DNA of 63,017 nt, filler included, from Sphacelaria rigidula (taxonomy: Eukaryota): the NCBI GenBank assembly GCA_964200075.2. It is 10 parts of 10 records of this genome, joined end to end, with 100 filler letters (N's around TTAATTAATTAA, not from the genome) between each part and the next. Parts side by side here need not be neighbours in the genome. Positions count along the whole stretch, not along the records: positions 1 to 6,212 come from CAXNAA020021478.1; positions 6,313 to 12,524 come from CAXNAA020021479.1; positions 12,625 to 18,836 come from CAXNAA020021480.1; 7 more parts are not named here. One strand, written 5' to 3'. The first letter of the stretch is position 1. The number at the start of each line of letters is the position of its first letter. The translations under genes and the position numbers were made by a program. A model generated the notes under the pieces. The model was given only the letters and a program-made list of their open reading frames with translations, did not search any database and had not been told where the DNA came from. Shown one piece after another: positions 1 through 13,410 of this stretch.

Positions 1-282
1 AATATGGGCCCAAACTTTTGAGTAGATGGGCACCTTCCCCTTGATTCGACGATTAATACGATAATATGCGGACCACGGCCCAATTCGTTTCCGGTGATGA
101 GATATTATTGCTCTGCCAGGTTAAATCCGTTTCTTGCTGGCCCAGCTCGTATCGTTGGATACCAAAATATCGGTTCAAGTCGAAACACTGCCGACAAACC
201 AGCCGATGGCGTCAGGGGTGGCTTAAGGTGGGCCTAATCCGGCACTTTCCTCTACAATCATAATGACTCCCGTCCAACGCAT

Positions 283-608
283 AAACACACAATAATACGT
301 AACACAAGAAGAGCTGCTCAGGACGTGGACACAAGAACCCCACTGTACGGAAACGATAGACTGCTCGCTGTGATGTGCATAGGTATCATCAAACACAGTA
401 ATACATTACACAAGAGCTGCTCAGGACGTGAACACAAGAACTCCTCAGTAGTACATGAACGATAGGCTGCTCGCTGTGACGTGTAGATATCGTCAAACAC
501 AATAATATACAACACAAGAGCTGCTCAGGACGTAAACACAAGAACTCCTCAGTCCTCAGTACATGAACAAAAGACTGCTCGCTGTGATGTGTACGTATCA
601 TCAAACAC
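283..608. repeat. Tandem repeat, 3 copies of ~105 bp
   Basis: Recurring AAGAGCTGCTCAGGACGT...CTGCTCGCTGTGA...TCAAACAC blocks. Confidence 0.9.
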
Positions 609-1897
609 GGCGGGGGAAAATGGGCCAATCAAATCATGGAGATATCAAGCATATCCTCCGCATTTGTCCGTCTCATCTCCGTAGATCTATTCATCACTCA
701 TCTATCGGGCACTGGTTCGGGTATCTCTTACAAATTTGTGCCCCCCCTCTGGCCACTCCGCTTCAGCCCCCCTCTCCTTCAGGCCTGCGCTATGCCTTAG
801 CGCAGGCCCACTGCATCACGATGGAGGGGGGGGGCGGGGTTAAACAAAGCGGAAAGTGAAACATCATGTGAGTGAGGCCGACGTTCTTTGTGTTCTACTG
901 TAGGATCGGCCAACGCCCTTTAGCCTCGTTGGGTAGGATGCTGCCAAAGTCGCGCGCATGTGTGGGTGCCGCCGGGTAGGTTCATCGACTTTACATCGTG
1001 AGCAGTGCAACAATATGTTTCAACCAAACCATTTGAAAGGAGAACGGAGATATCGTGTATGTATAAAGTATATACTACTCATACAAGCACGTCGGGTCTC
1101 ACGACAGCAAAATTGAACAGATAGATACGCGGTCCGTGTGCCCACAGGAGGACCGTTGGGATTGTATATCGTCCCCCACCGGTTCATGGTGCTAACCTTA
1201 GGTATAGGGGCGAGTTGTATCAACAAACGCTGTGCTACTCGCAGCTCATCGGGGTACAGCACCAGTTGGTGACTCTATACTTGTATCAGATAAGTCGGTA
1301 TAGTGTACTTGTCCCAAGACTTTCCATGGGGCACTGCTCGTAGCCTCCGGTTGACGGATACAAGTCGCCTCGTGTACCAGTCACTGGAGGCGTATATAGG
1401 GCGATTTACCTCCACCGCTGTGCTCCTAAAAGGATGGCGAAAGAGATTTCATATTTTCGTGCACGGGCGACGCGTGGGTCTGCACTTTCAGATCGTGTCA
1501 ACAAGCACCTTAGTCCCCAAGTCAAACGGACATGTCGATTTGTGTTCTGCGTAGAGAAGAAATAGTGTGAAGTTCGATTTTCCCATGCAGGCGCTCCTCT
1601 AAATACGTTCATGTGCAAAATTGAGTCAATCCTAATATGATAGGTAAATTAATTGAGTTGAGCTGTTTTCTCACTTCCCGAATATTCTCCTCGTTCCACG
1701 CAACGAACAGGTCGGCTCCTCCCATCGCGAGGCGGAATTCATTTTGAGCATCGTCAAGACGGAGCAGACCGACAAAACTTGATTTCGAGCACAACGCAGA
1801 GGTGAGATAGCATGCGTGCAGGGATGAGTATTATTGTAAGCATACATGCATGGATGTCTTGTTCTCGCTTCTTCTGATTGAACCCACCGTACGTGAC

Positions 1898-1898
<1 letters not shown>

Positions 1899-1929
<31 letters not shown>
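1899..1929. repeat. (TA)n microsatellite
   Basis: Seen directly. Confidence 0.95.
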
Positions 1930-1930
<1 letters not shown>

Positions 1931-3597
1931 CTCTACGTGATATGTCCACCTCAACCCGTCGCTAATTTCCACGGTCGACACATCCATGTTTTTGTCGAAT
2001 CCCGAAGCTAACGCCAACCGAACCTTGACACACAGCAAGCAAAAAACTCTCGGGAAGGAGGAGGTTCGAAGTGTGCTCTAGGCTGAATGTGTACTGGTTT
2101 ACATATATCTCGAATAGGTACCTTCACATCCCCGCTTTGAGCAAGAACGCACGCCATGTACACTGCCGATAGCTTTGGACTATCGCTCCCCTACAAAATC
2201 GACTGTACGCGACCGTTTAACCTTATGTGAAACATGGTATTTCCAAATCGTGTGAACACGCGGGTTCGCTCGGACATTTCAAGCTTCGTCGGCCAACGAT
2301 TTTCCCGCGTGAAACAACACGTTTACGCCAGCGAATATCTTCAAATCCTCTCGAGATGTACGGAATAGGTGAGGTGTTCTCTGATGTACGGTTCACGCGA
2401 TGACTGTGGAGTCGAATCGGGGTATTTTCTTCCCATAATAACAGCACACCGCCGGGTAGGTGTCTGTAGCTTCTCGGCACCTGACTCGCCCTCTGTAAGT
2501 GATGAATTTTATTTCGAGCGCGACCAGGAGCTCTGCACTCGAAGCAAGGCACTCGTCATATTGAGCCATGTCCATTCAAAACAGACGTACCACGGGATTC
2601 AATATTTGGTCGTTCGCACGGGGGGAAAAAAAAAACGCAGGGAAAAGTGGAGGACGTTGGCTGTGTCTAGTGACGACTGAAACCTGGCATGTGACGACTG
2701 AAACCTGGCATGTAGAACAACGGTGCTCGTGTTGGGTTGCGGACAAAATAAACACAAAGCAGTTTTGGTCCACGATGTGCCTCTGCAGCCTCACGACACG
2801 CACAGAGCGTTCTAGCGCATATACGCAACAACTTTGAGCCTAGTCCCCTGCTAAACTACACGCGCACAGTAAGGCCTCTTCCGACGGGAATACATGCACT
2901 GTTTTGAAGCTACGGTAACCCGCGTCGGCATCAGTGTTTTTCAAAACGATACTGCTACTTTTTTCCTGCTGCGAAAGTCGACTGTAGAGTTTCATACGCA
3001 CTGTAATTAGTGGGGTGTGCTGATCATTGGGGCAGCGTTGCCTTCGGCTTCACACTGTGCACGAAATCTTGCCGGTCGATCTCTCGCAGTTCCTTCGACA
3101 GTTGAAATGAGGGGGTTTTCGCACGAACATCCCAGCAGTGTGCAATATTCGCCACGGCTCTGATTGCTCTGCCTGCCTATCGATAATTGTCAGGGCAGTG
3201 TGGTGCGTGCGAATGATGTGGTTTACGTTTTGTTTATTTGCGGATGTACCAGTGATTTGGTTACTATACTAAGCAACCCTTTCAAAGTACAGGGTGGATG
3301 GATGCACTTTAAGAAATCTGGGACGACTGTTTTTGCCGTAGCCACAAAGTAAAGGGCATGTACTTTGATTAGACAGGTTCCCCTACAGGAAGTATAAGGT
3401 AACGTATTCGAAAATCATAAACGAAAGTATGGGCGGATTTTCGTTTTGTGGTGCACCAAGGATGCCCCCCCCAAAACATCCGAGACCCTGACGATGCCCC
3501 TTTTTTGGATCCTGGAGTTTTTCGGGGGTGGGGTGGGGGGGGTTACTACATCCCATAAACAAAAAAAACGTGTTTTTATAAAGCTTTACGCACGCGG

Positions 3598-3981
3598 CCA
3601 TTCGGCTACCCCCATAAATATCCTCTATCGCGGTTTTGATCCTCTCGAGGGTAAAGTGACCCCCCGGAGGATAAAAACACCCTCTAGAGGATATTTCTTA
3701 CTCAGTTCCGGTTATAAAACGAATCCTCTGGAGGGCATCTGATGCTCCAGTGACTCCTGAGATCTGAATCCCTCGCGAGTAACAAAAAAGATGGTGCTCC
3801 GGAGGGCTGCGCATCGTCCAAGTTCCTCCAGAGGGTGCGCGGCCGTCAAGAGGCAAAACAAGCCTCTGGACGCGTTCGATCCCACTCCTCTGGAGGGCCG
3901 CGCACCCTCTAGAGGCGTTTAATTCCTCTGGAGGCTCGAAACGTTGACCGGAACAGAGTAGTTTGGGGGGTAGCCGAATGG
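3598..3981. mobile_element. MITE with 16-bp TIR and internal CCTC(T/C)NGAGG quasi-palindromic motifs
   Basis: CCATTCGGCTACCCCC at 3598-3613, reverse complement at 3966-3981; no clear TSD. Confidence 0.7.
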
Positions 3982-5624
3982 TCGCTTGTGAACCCATCGT
4001 ATGCTTGAGTCGATTTTTTCAACTTTCATAAATATTTTTTTCATTTTCTATATCTTGAAGAGCAGCGGGGTTGAACCACTTTTTTCTGCCCCCGGAGAAG
4101 GGGCGAAAAAATCGGCAATTTTCGGGCTGATTGAATTTTTAGCGACCGGTCGGCCGCATGGGTCCAGCATCAACTGTCAATTTGATAAGAATATATTGAT
4201 TTTCACTCACAAGACGCCGAAGAATGCAACATAAAGACGGGAACAGAATCGGACACGGTGAAGGGCCCGTACAATATAAACACCCATATGGCTAGGACAG
4301 CTAGAAGAAGTGTTTCTCTTGTTGTTCTGTTTCGTGGAGAGGTAATGGGGTTTCAAACCAGGACGTGATCAACTACAACAAAATTGAGGCTTCACACGAT
4401 GCTTCCATCGGGGATGTTCAGTCTTCCTGGAGAAGCATTGATGAAAAAAACGAAATCAGGCCGGCTCAAAATGTCCTTCCGCTCTCCACATTTGCTCAAA
4501 CACAGAGATACTGTCGGTCTGTACCCGAATTTTCATACATTAACATTGAAATGCGGGTGGTTGTACCTGTATTTACCCCCGAGATAAACATGTGCAACGA
4601 ATTCCAGGCTCGAAGATGGCGACATCGCCTTAGATAGACTTCTCAGCGCGTCTCTGATCAGGCCATTTTTTGGCTTCCCCATGGTGGGCGGATACGTCAC
4701 ACTTGATATATAGTACCATGGCATTCTAGTAGCTTTGTTCCCGATCCTTTCTCTCTTGCCTGTCGAGTCTGTCGACGTTACAAGGATGACATGACAAAAT
4801 GTTTTTGTCCATACCGTTGTCGGTGTCGAATCATGCCATTTTGAGTGCCATGCTCGTTCAGCGCCTTGTCATTCCCATAACTACAGTATCTTGACATAAT
4901 CGGATATGATCACCCAGCAATTTCAGCAGGCACTTATTCGTTGATGAACCGCGCTGTAATTTTCTCTTCGCGCCATGATTCGCTAGATTCGGTCAGAGTG
5001 TCGACAGAAAAGTGATGTGGACCCTGTCGACCACACACGATACGATACTGACCGTCTGTATTTGAGAGTGGCTGTCGGGTGTGGTCGCGCATGTATTCTT
5101 GAGGAAAACCAATCAAGACGGGTTTTGCGTCAGGAGGACAGACCCCCCCCGTGAGCAAGCTGGAGGGGGAGCGTGATCATTGGTGGTACCGCGTATGCCA
5201 AACTTACAGTGCACAGCAGGCCCAAATGATGAACTTGCCTCGCAGCAGGAGTCAACGATCGTCACTTGGCGTTGCTCTTTTCATTCATCTCCCTCGTCTC
5301 GCCCCTCTTCCTCGTACGCACTGGAACATGCTCTGTAATGCATTCGTTTTGACCTATCTTCAGGACCTGGGAATGCGCCTGGCGCACATTTTATTTCACG
5401 CGCTGGATTGAGCATCTGCCGGAAGAATTCAAGATCCATCGGGCTCCTCGACACCCTTTAAATTGGTGCACTTTGGGGGTTGAAATGCACTTCGTTTGGT
5501 GAAAGTGGAGCGTGTTCGACGGCGGCCGCTCTGACCTTGGTAGCTGCAGGAAACTTGTCTACCCGCGGGAAGGATTTGCAACGCTGTGTATCGTGGGGTG
5601 CATTTTATTGTTGCTTGCGGCGTG

Positions 5625-6212
5625 CGTGTGTGGAGATTGCGGGAGTGCTAAGCGAGAGTGTCGTGGCCTTTTCAGAGTATCGGTAGATGTGTTTTGGTGA
5701 AGTGCTATGGGTGCATCGATGTATTTCGATGTCTCCAGCTTTTCGTCGCCGCTAACTGTGTGGACACACACGACGCGCCGCGTTCGTGTATTGAGATGTA
5801 AAGCGTGTTGTTCGCATCGATGAGGTTGGATTCGATCCGATTCGATGTCATCAGCCGCTGAGGGCCGTGTCGTGTGGCCCGTTGCGGAGCACACGACCTT
5901 TCACGAACGCGGTTCGAGGCGGGGAAAGCACAAGCGCCGTGGCGTGCGTATGTGTGTGTTTGTGTGTGGGATCGGGACGGGGAAGGGGAAGGGACGGCGG
6001 AAGGGGGGGGGGGGGGGGGGGGGGGGGGTATTCATTTGTCTCGCGACATACGTGTGTGGAGATTGCGAGAGTGCTGTGAGAGTGTCGTGGCCTTTTCAGA
6101 GTACCGGTAGATGTGTTTTGGTGAAGTGCTATGGGTGCATCGATGTATTTCGATGTCTCCAGCTTTTCGTCGCCGCTAACTGTGTGGACACACACGACGC
6201 GCCGCGTTCGTG
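5625..6212. repeat. Direct repeat of ~163 bp (5625-5788 and 6051-6212); second copy cut by contig end
   Basis: Near-identical CGTGTGTGGAGATTGC...GCCGCGTTCGTG. Confidence 0.9.
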
Positions 6213-6312
6213 NNNNNNNNNNNNNNNNNNNNNNNNNNNNNNNNNNNNNNNNNNNNTTAATTAATTAANNNNNNNNNNNNNNNNNNNNNNNNNNNNNNNN
6301 NNNNNNNNNNNN
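6213..6312. other. Artificial contig linker
   Basis: 44 N + TTAATTAATTAA (stops in all six frames) + 44 N. Confidence 0.98.
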
Positions 6313-6779
6313 TTCACTGATTTACCGCTTTTCACTCTCAATCGTATCATCTACTCTCAATCTCACGAAAACACCGTTATATCTTAATCGCGCAATGTGG
6401 CCTTCGAAGGTGCGAACTCATCTAGCACTCCTCCAACAGACTCGTGGGTTGAAGGGCAGGCTTCGTGGAATCAAATCCCAACAGTATGGATGTACTTTGT
6501 GTGCTTGTTGTGTGTCATCATTCCCCGTTGTCCGAAAGTGTGAGGGTGTGATTGGACGAATGCTCTTTAATGACAGTCGACGAGCTACGAGAGTGCTCGA
6601 TTCATTGCCCGGTCGCAAGTTGTCATACCAGTGCTGCGGGATATATGGGTTGTTCCCCGAGACTATGAAGTCGTCCTACGGAAGGGTGGAGGGAATGTGA
6701 AAGTATCAAAAGGACTGGAAGCACTCTTAAGACAACACGGCTCAGAGTGGAAACACACTTATGAATGAACTTGCTCACG

Positions 6780-7150
6780 GCAAGTTGTCCAAGAGCGCTC
6801 CCAGAAAGGAGTCGGCACGGAAAGGGCATTATAGATATCCAGTTCTTATGCTCCCATGGCCAACACCGTAGAAAACCTGACAAAAACACGTGCTGCAAAT
6901 GCGCACGCTTAAAAAAACTCCAGTCGCTCAAACACGTGCCAGTCACTCAAATATGTGCCATTGCATGTGGGTTGAGGTATTCTTACAAGGACTCCAATGC
7001 CCCTGGTCGTCAGTGTTCTTCAGGTAAACTGCTTGTTCTGGTGCACTGATGCCACCCTACCCCGGAGAGTATGTTTGGAGGACATTGATTTTCAAAGACT
7101 TGGGGCAGTGAAAATATGTAGAACCTGCATGAGCTCACCCTACGTCCGGT
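6780..7150 (-). pseudogene. Possible degenerate OTU-like / cysteine-protease relic (Helitron-type accessory domain)
   Basis: Hand translation across frameshifts gives T*G...LHIFTAPSL/LKINV...YSP...EQAVYLKNT...GHWSP; no catalytic Cys motif recovered. Confidence 0.22.
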
Positions 7151-7375
7151 CGCGCTGGCGAGAGGTGTCAAAGCGATCAACAACCGATAACATGTGCGAC
7201 TGTTACCTCAGCACTCACTCCCGCACGCCGCAAGCACGCTTTGGTTTTGTTTCGTGTTATGCTGCCATCGTTCATTGAACCCCTACTGTACATGGAAGAC
7301 TTAGGTCTTCAGTGTGTGTTTGGCAATTTGAACGAGTACTACCAGAACTTTGGTAGAATACGGTGTGCTGTGCGT

Positions 7376-8601
7376 CAGGGTTATCCGTGGGACAATAGGA
7401 GGGGACGGGACACAATGACCCACTCCTCTGAAGGGGATGGAACGGAACGGGTACTTTCCCTGTTGTCTGAAAGAGCGACGAGAATAGACCGGAATTTGAT
7501 ATTTTGTCGAGACGGGGCGGGACGAGGATTACCGCCCTGGAATCTTCCTCGGGATGGGGTGGGACGGAAAATTCAGCCCATTATATCATCGAGGCGGGAC
7601 GGGTACTTTTCTCATCACGTGAAAAACGACGGCACAGGACATTGCTTCTCCTGTTGCCAAAAGATACAAGTGAACGGGACAAATGTATTTGAAAAATGTC
7701 GGGATGGTATGACGCGTCCTTTCCCGTGCTCAGAAAACTAAGCCTTATTCCGTGAGATTCCGTCCCGTTCAGTGAGATCGCGTTCGATCCTTTGCGGAAA
7801 AGCGTGCACCAATACTCGGAAACAAATGCGTTTAGATCAGAATTCTCGGAAGAATTGTGTGGCACAGCTTCTTCGGCGCAAGGATGGAGCAACCCACGGC
7901 AGCTAAGACATGCAACAGGCGTCAATAATGGTGAAGTCGAGCGACAACAAAAGCCACCAACGGCACAGCAGAACTCAACCAAGTATCGAAGAAGCCAATA
8001 TCCCATCATCAACTCGAAAATAATGGCGGGGCGTCTAGGTTACACCAAAAATCTCTGATTCTGTACGTGTACTACTCATGATCATGACGGATCATGTCGG
8101 CAATACTCTACCGCGCCGTACATGAGTGCTGCACATCGCGAACCTGATATCAGTTTGCAATTGTTGCATGAAAAGGTCTCACACCCACCACAGACCCAAG
8201 TTTTCAGATGGAATTCTTCATCCCCCGTGGAGATCTGACGGGAAAACCTCGCTCCGTTCACTGTATGTTCCATGAGGCACAAAGGAAAAAGTCAGGGAGG
8301 TTCGGTTAAAACTGCACGGCCACGGAAAAATAGAAGCGGGATCAGGATGAGACCGAGAGTGTTGGCCATCGACTGTAATCAATGGGACATATACTTCTTC
8401 CGCCGCCCGAACAACAAACATGACAGGACGACTTCTTGTCCCGTTGCCTACACAAATGACGGGATGGTACGATAAATTTGGGAATATCCTCAGACGGGGC
8501 AGGAGGTAATTTCACGGCTTGTTGACCAGGACGACACTGGACGGGTCATCGCGTCCCGTGCCCAATATTCCGCGAGATTCCCGTCCCGTGAAAAGCCCTT
8601 G
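7376..8601. mobile_element. Degenerate GGGACG/CGTCCC-rich MITE remnants (two related segments, ~7376-7770 and ~8300-8601)
   Basis: Shared TATTCCG(T/C)GAGATTCC(C)GTCCCGT near 7746 and 8566; many GGGACGG motifs. Confidence 0.45.
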
Positions 8602-10719
8602 TGGCTTATCTCCCGTACTTATTACACCACACTCCTCTTGTTATAACCACGGGTGTTAGGGGTTGGTTTGTTTTGTAAACATACCATTATCTCAATTAAT
8701 AGTACCGTACCGGGGTGTGTGGTATATCATCCCCTCGAAATACTCCCCTGGGTGATTGATTTCGAGTGTCAAGCTCTAACTACCCGGGGATTGTATAAAG
8801 TGTGTTCCACGGTATGCCCAACCTAGACGGTATACCTTGGAAGAAAGTCTCCTGGATGACAGACGCTACAAACACAGTGCATCTCGAAACATGCGTTCCC
8901 TGCTGTACCGCGAGATTCCGCGCACCATGACACATGTTCGTTGACGTGGCCATCGCACTTGTCGATTGAATTCAGGTGACACAACCCATCACTGACACTG
9001 GTCGTGGCTCGAGGCCATCTACCGGCTCCTCGTGTGGCGAAGAGGCGTTTTCCGTACTTGAGCTAGGACGACATGTCTGGATAGTGGAGAAGAGTACTTT
9101 AACGTGTTCACCGCAGTTGCCATGTCGGTTCGGTGTGGGACCTGACACGGAATACTCCGAATGTTCATGCCCTGACCTACCAGCAACAAGAACACTGACC
9201 GGCCTACTCACCCAATCTCCCTATCTTGTTCCAATCCGGGATTGAAATATCACGTTTTGATCAATTTTCCAGTCCAGGGTCATACTGCCGTGGCTCGCCA
9301 GAACCAAGGCCAGAACGCTGGTGTTGTACTCGTACAATACATGGGCGCTTTTGGAGATTTGTCCTTTCTCATCAACGTCTTCCATGGCTACTATAGTTGT
9401 GAGAGCACTACACACAGTACATTCCGCCCAATGGGCACTCTCGTTTTGTACAAAGCGATGGCGGAATTTGTTGGATCGTTCAAGACGCCTTGGAATCCAA
9501 GACCCAAGATTGTGAGGGCATGTATATGTGGTATGGACGCCTCAAGGAGCGACCAACGGGGGGAAACGGGCCGACAAAATGTACACAAAGGGATGGCGGA
9601 GATCGCAAGCGCTGCAATCAACGAGTTCAAAAGAGCTTTTCGTTCAATTTGTCAGCTGAGATTCTCGGTGTTGGTCTATGTGTCCCCGGGAAATGGGACT
9701 GACAGTTCCGCCGGTCCTGTCCCGAACGTTCGGTCAAGCGATGCGCGGCGTGACAGTGTATTGATAGTATTTTTCCCGATTTGAGATAATATCACTGTTG
9801 TTGTAATATTGCCAAGCCTCCAGGATGTGGGGCATGGTCAAGGTGGGGGCTTTGGTTTGGGTTCAGACTAGTAGATTTTTCCGTCACACCTTTTCACCGA
9901 AGCAAACAAACGTAATCGCGGGTGTATTAGCGGTAAATCGGAGGCCAAGCACCTGACAGCCCGAGCCCCATGACGGACCGTATGTTCTCCGGCATAGAGG
10001 TGGATTGCAGTACAAACGTATCTATCGCAAACTGGTGGTTACATTCCTCGACTTGTTTCGCTCCCGTCTATACTTCACAAACGAGATGACCAAGAAGGAT
10101 AACCGCTATTATATTAATATAAAGAGTTTGACAAACGATAGCTTCGAGAGCATGGAGGTCCCAGTACGATAGGGACTCGTGCCACTTCTCACGTCACGAT
10201 CACTTCGGCGTTCGTTTCCCACTAGAGTCGATACTTTGCCGACCGATGGAAGGACGATTGTTGGGGATGGACTATACATTCACTGGGGTTGGAGTTGGGG
10301 TTTCCATTGGTCGCGCACGAGCCAGGGCGCCATAGCGTAAGAACCCCACACGAAGGAAATGCCCAACAGTTGTTCGGATTAAGGGAAGGATATCATGTCC
10401 CAGAGAGATAGTAGAGGATCAATCGCTAGGAATAACACCGGAATCCATGGCGGTATCATTTCTTTCGCTGTTTTCCAAGAGGTGTTCTGAAAATCAAAGT
10501 CGCCTACCTGCATTCGAATAGAGAAAATGGCGAAGGTGTCCACAACTTCTGGGTTCCCAAATGTTCCCAGAAGGTACAGTGCTTCGGTATATCAGTGTGT
10601 ATATTCCTGCCGTCTCTTCACGCAGCATCGTGCGCCCTCTGGTTCTGCTGCCAGGAACTAGGTACGTGGCAGGGTGTTCTGCGTGCAATATATGGGATGG
10701 AAGCCGACTGAGGGCATAA

Positions 10720-11086
10720 TCAACAACTGATATGAGCAAACAGGATTCTTCGATTGGAGGCCCTCGACGCAGCAGCCTCTCGATGGTGACGGCAGTCTGA
10801 TTCGTGTTTGTCCGCGCGTCGCCACGTGTCCTCCAACTCTTCCGCTCCTTTGTCGACTTCAATACACCATTTGCCCATGTTCTTCGTCGCAGTGACCCAA
10901 TCGTATGCATCATTAACCTCTGCACCGTAGACGAACCATTTCCGTCGGGTTCCCTTGTGCGGGACAGCCCCTAGTGCACGTATGTTCTCCTGGAGGGTAT
11001 CCTCCCACTGCTTGGGGGGGCGGCCGGCCTCCTTGGGCCCTCGTGTGGTTGACCGACCTGTCATCACGCGCTTAGGAAGGCGTTCG
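10720..11086 (-). mobile_element. RTE-like LINE ORF2 C-terminal remnant
   Basis: ERLPKRVMTGR...GRPPKQWEDTL matches the RLPK...GRP..RW tail of RTE-clade ORF2; homologous to 33560-33930. Confidence 0.75.
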
Positions 11087-11758
11087 TAGATGAAATAAGA
11101 CAGGCTTACCCGAATCGTTCCCTCGGATCCCCCATTGGAGTGACTGTTCTCCTAGAACAGCGATGCCCCCTTTATTGGCTATACGATGCTTGCGTACTTC
11201 ATGTCCGAACTTTGGACAAGCCAACATTTGGTGAGAAAATGCTAGGCTTCGAGATGAAATCAACATCCGCTGACCTGGAGACTATAGCAGCAGGTGCATC
11301 GATGTATCGGAAGCAAATAAATGTGACTGCTCGCTTCGTACACCTCGTTTATCCCATTGACTTGCACTCCAGGCGCACAACGGTACACTACCGCACAGTA
11401 TATCGTACAGTGACAGCACTGACGTTGGTTGAACCAAGCCGCTGCCACAAAGGCGAATGCCGAGCCTCCACATTTGCGGAAGACAGCTGGCACGTGTTTT
11501 CTATCGAATAGTTCATCGCGTTGTTGTGTGTCTACACAAATACACATGGCCGCTGTTACGTAAACTCATTGCCACCTCAGCATTATTATGGCTAGCATCA
11601 AGTAGCACAGCTTGATGTCGTGTTCCATTCTCCAAAAACAAAAATCCAACCCCACCTCACCCCGAACATGAATATATTACAGTTTGGTATTAGCATCCCT
11701 TTCGCACTATTCTCATGCAAAAAATAATATTTTCCACAGCACTCGGTCGCTCCTTATA

Positions 11759-12211
11759 GTCTGAAAACGGACTCTCTGAGAACTACCCTTTTTGAGCCTT
11801 TTATCGCGGATTTTTGGCGGAATACGGACCTTGGCAGATTGATTCTCCTCTGAAAATTTGCAATGCTTTTATCGAGGATTATAGCGCACTTTTCCGATTT
11901 TCGTACGCCCAGTTTAAATTTTGGTCGGATTCTCGATTTTTTAGTCGCCCCCCAAATCGTCCAGTTGTAGGAAAAAACACTTACTTTTTCCCGACAACTC
12001 GAAGATTCTTGTGGCGACTGAAAAAATCGGGAATCCGGCTAAAAGCATAACTGGGCGTACGAAAAATCGGAAAAGTGCGCTAGAACCCTCTTGGAAAATA
12101 TACGAGTAGAAAATATTTTAGAGGAGGCCCAATCCGCCAAGGTCCGTGTTCCGCCAAAAATCCGCGATGAAAGGCTGAAAAAGCCAGTTCTCGGAGAGTT
12201 CGTTTTCAGAC
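11759..12211. mobile_element. Foldback MITE (~450-bp imperfect palindrome) flanked by TA
   Basis: TA|GTCTGAAAACG...CGTTTTCAGAC|TA; arms pair almost to the centre. Confidence 0.85.
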
Positions 12212-12459
12212 TAGAAGAAGCGCCCTCATCAGGGTTTTGTCGAAAAAATATTGCGGGACACATAGGCCCCAAAATCGAAAATATATTATAATATTGTCCT
12301 TCTCTTGTACAGGTTTTTGTGTTGGCTTGGTTGTTTCTAGACGATAGTTTATATTTTACGGTTGGTGTTACTCGATGCGGGAGCCCGGGCGGCGTGTGGT
12401 ATCACGAATTGAGTACATACAGCAGGTGAATCCTGGAAACGGTAACGAAACTACATTGA

Positions 12460-12524
12460 ACAGCCGATTCTCGAAAATGGGGTTGGAAAAAAAAATGAGG
12501 TTCAACTCAAAAGCCGTGCTTTCC
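12460..12524. mobile_element. Terminal arm of the foldback family at 42925-43362, cut by contig end
   Basis: TTCTCGAAAATG...TGAGGTTCAACTCAAAAGC shared. Confidence 0.7.
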
Positions 12525-12624
12525 NNNNNNNNNNNNNNNNNNNNNNNNNNNNNNNNNNNNNNNNNNNNTTAATTAATTAANNNNNNNNNNNNNNNNNNNN
12601 NNNNNNNNNNNNNNNNNNNNNNNN
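12525..12624. other. Artificial contig linker
   Basis: Same 100-bp spacer. Confidence 0.98.
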
Positions 12625-12829
12625 GTGGGGGGGGGGGTGGGCCGTTCGTGGTGGTTTGTGGTTGGCGCCGCTTTCCTGAGGCCGGGCGGGGGGGGGGGGG
12701 GGGGGGGGGGGGGCTACGTGTCCCGATTTTTTTATTCGACTGCCCCTTGGCACATCGTATATTATGGTCAGCAATCCAAACAGCTTAAGAAAAAACCCGA
12801 GATAGCCTCCTAGTCACAGGAACAACAAC

Positions 12830-13410
12830 TCTTTCCTTACACCACGACGCGCTGTGCCATCGTACAACGACGGCCACAACGCCTCTTCCGCACGCGTTTC
12901 TCACCACGTCTTGAAGTCCTCAGAGTCCTCCTCTTGACCGTACCTGGCCAAGCTTGGACCAGCCGAATCTCGCTGGCTCTACCAGGCAGTAATTGCGCCG
13001 CTTTTTTTGGAACGCTCACGGATTCGCCAGCTGTCGATCCCCCCCCCGCGCCTACCGCGCGAGCGATACCACAGCTCGCCCTAGAACTACCTCAGAACCT
13101 CCTTGCTTCTGCTCCCCCAGCCTCTCTCGACGTGGACACACTTTGAGCTGATCGTATTTGCTTCAAACTGATCAGGCCTGCAGACTTCCTCCTGTCTCGA
13201 TGTGCCTGCTGCTTTTCAGCGGACCTACCGCCATACTCGTATAACTAGCGGACCCAATGGACGTTTATAGTAGACCTCTGTCACTCAAGATCAGACAGCT
13301 ATGTGGGCCCCTCCCATTATGGGCGCATAACATTCAGCAGCTTCAAGTATTCATGTATTAACCCTCAGCCGAGAGGCCACATATCGGAGAATGGCGGCAC
13401 CACAGCCCCC
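12830..13410 (-). pseudogene. Degenerate coding relic homologous to ~54130-54700 (probable transposon ORF)
   Basis: Colinear DNA similarity; EVLR*F*GELWY versus EILKYFQGALWY. Confidence 0.55.

Noticed and set aside
6257..6268. TTAATTAATTAA as a biological motif recurring every ~6.3 kb
   Set aside because: It is always embedded in 44-N flanks and is an assembly linker.
8972..9784. Cluster of overlapping ORFs
   Set aside because: No recognisable domain in any frame; may be decayed mobile DNA but cannot be supported.
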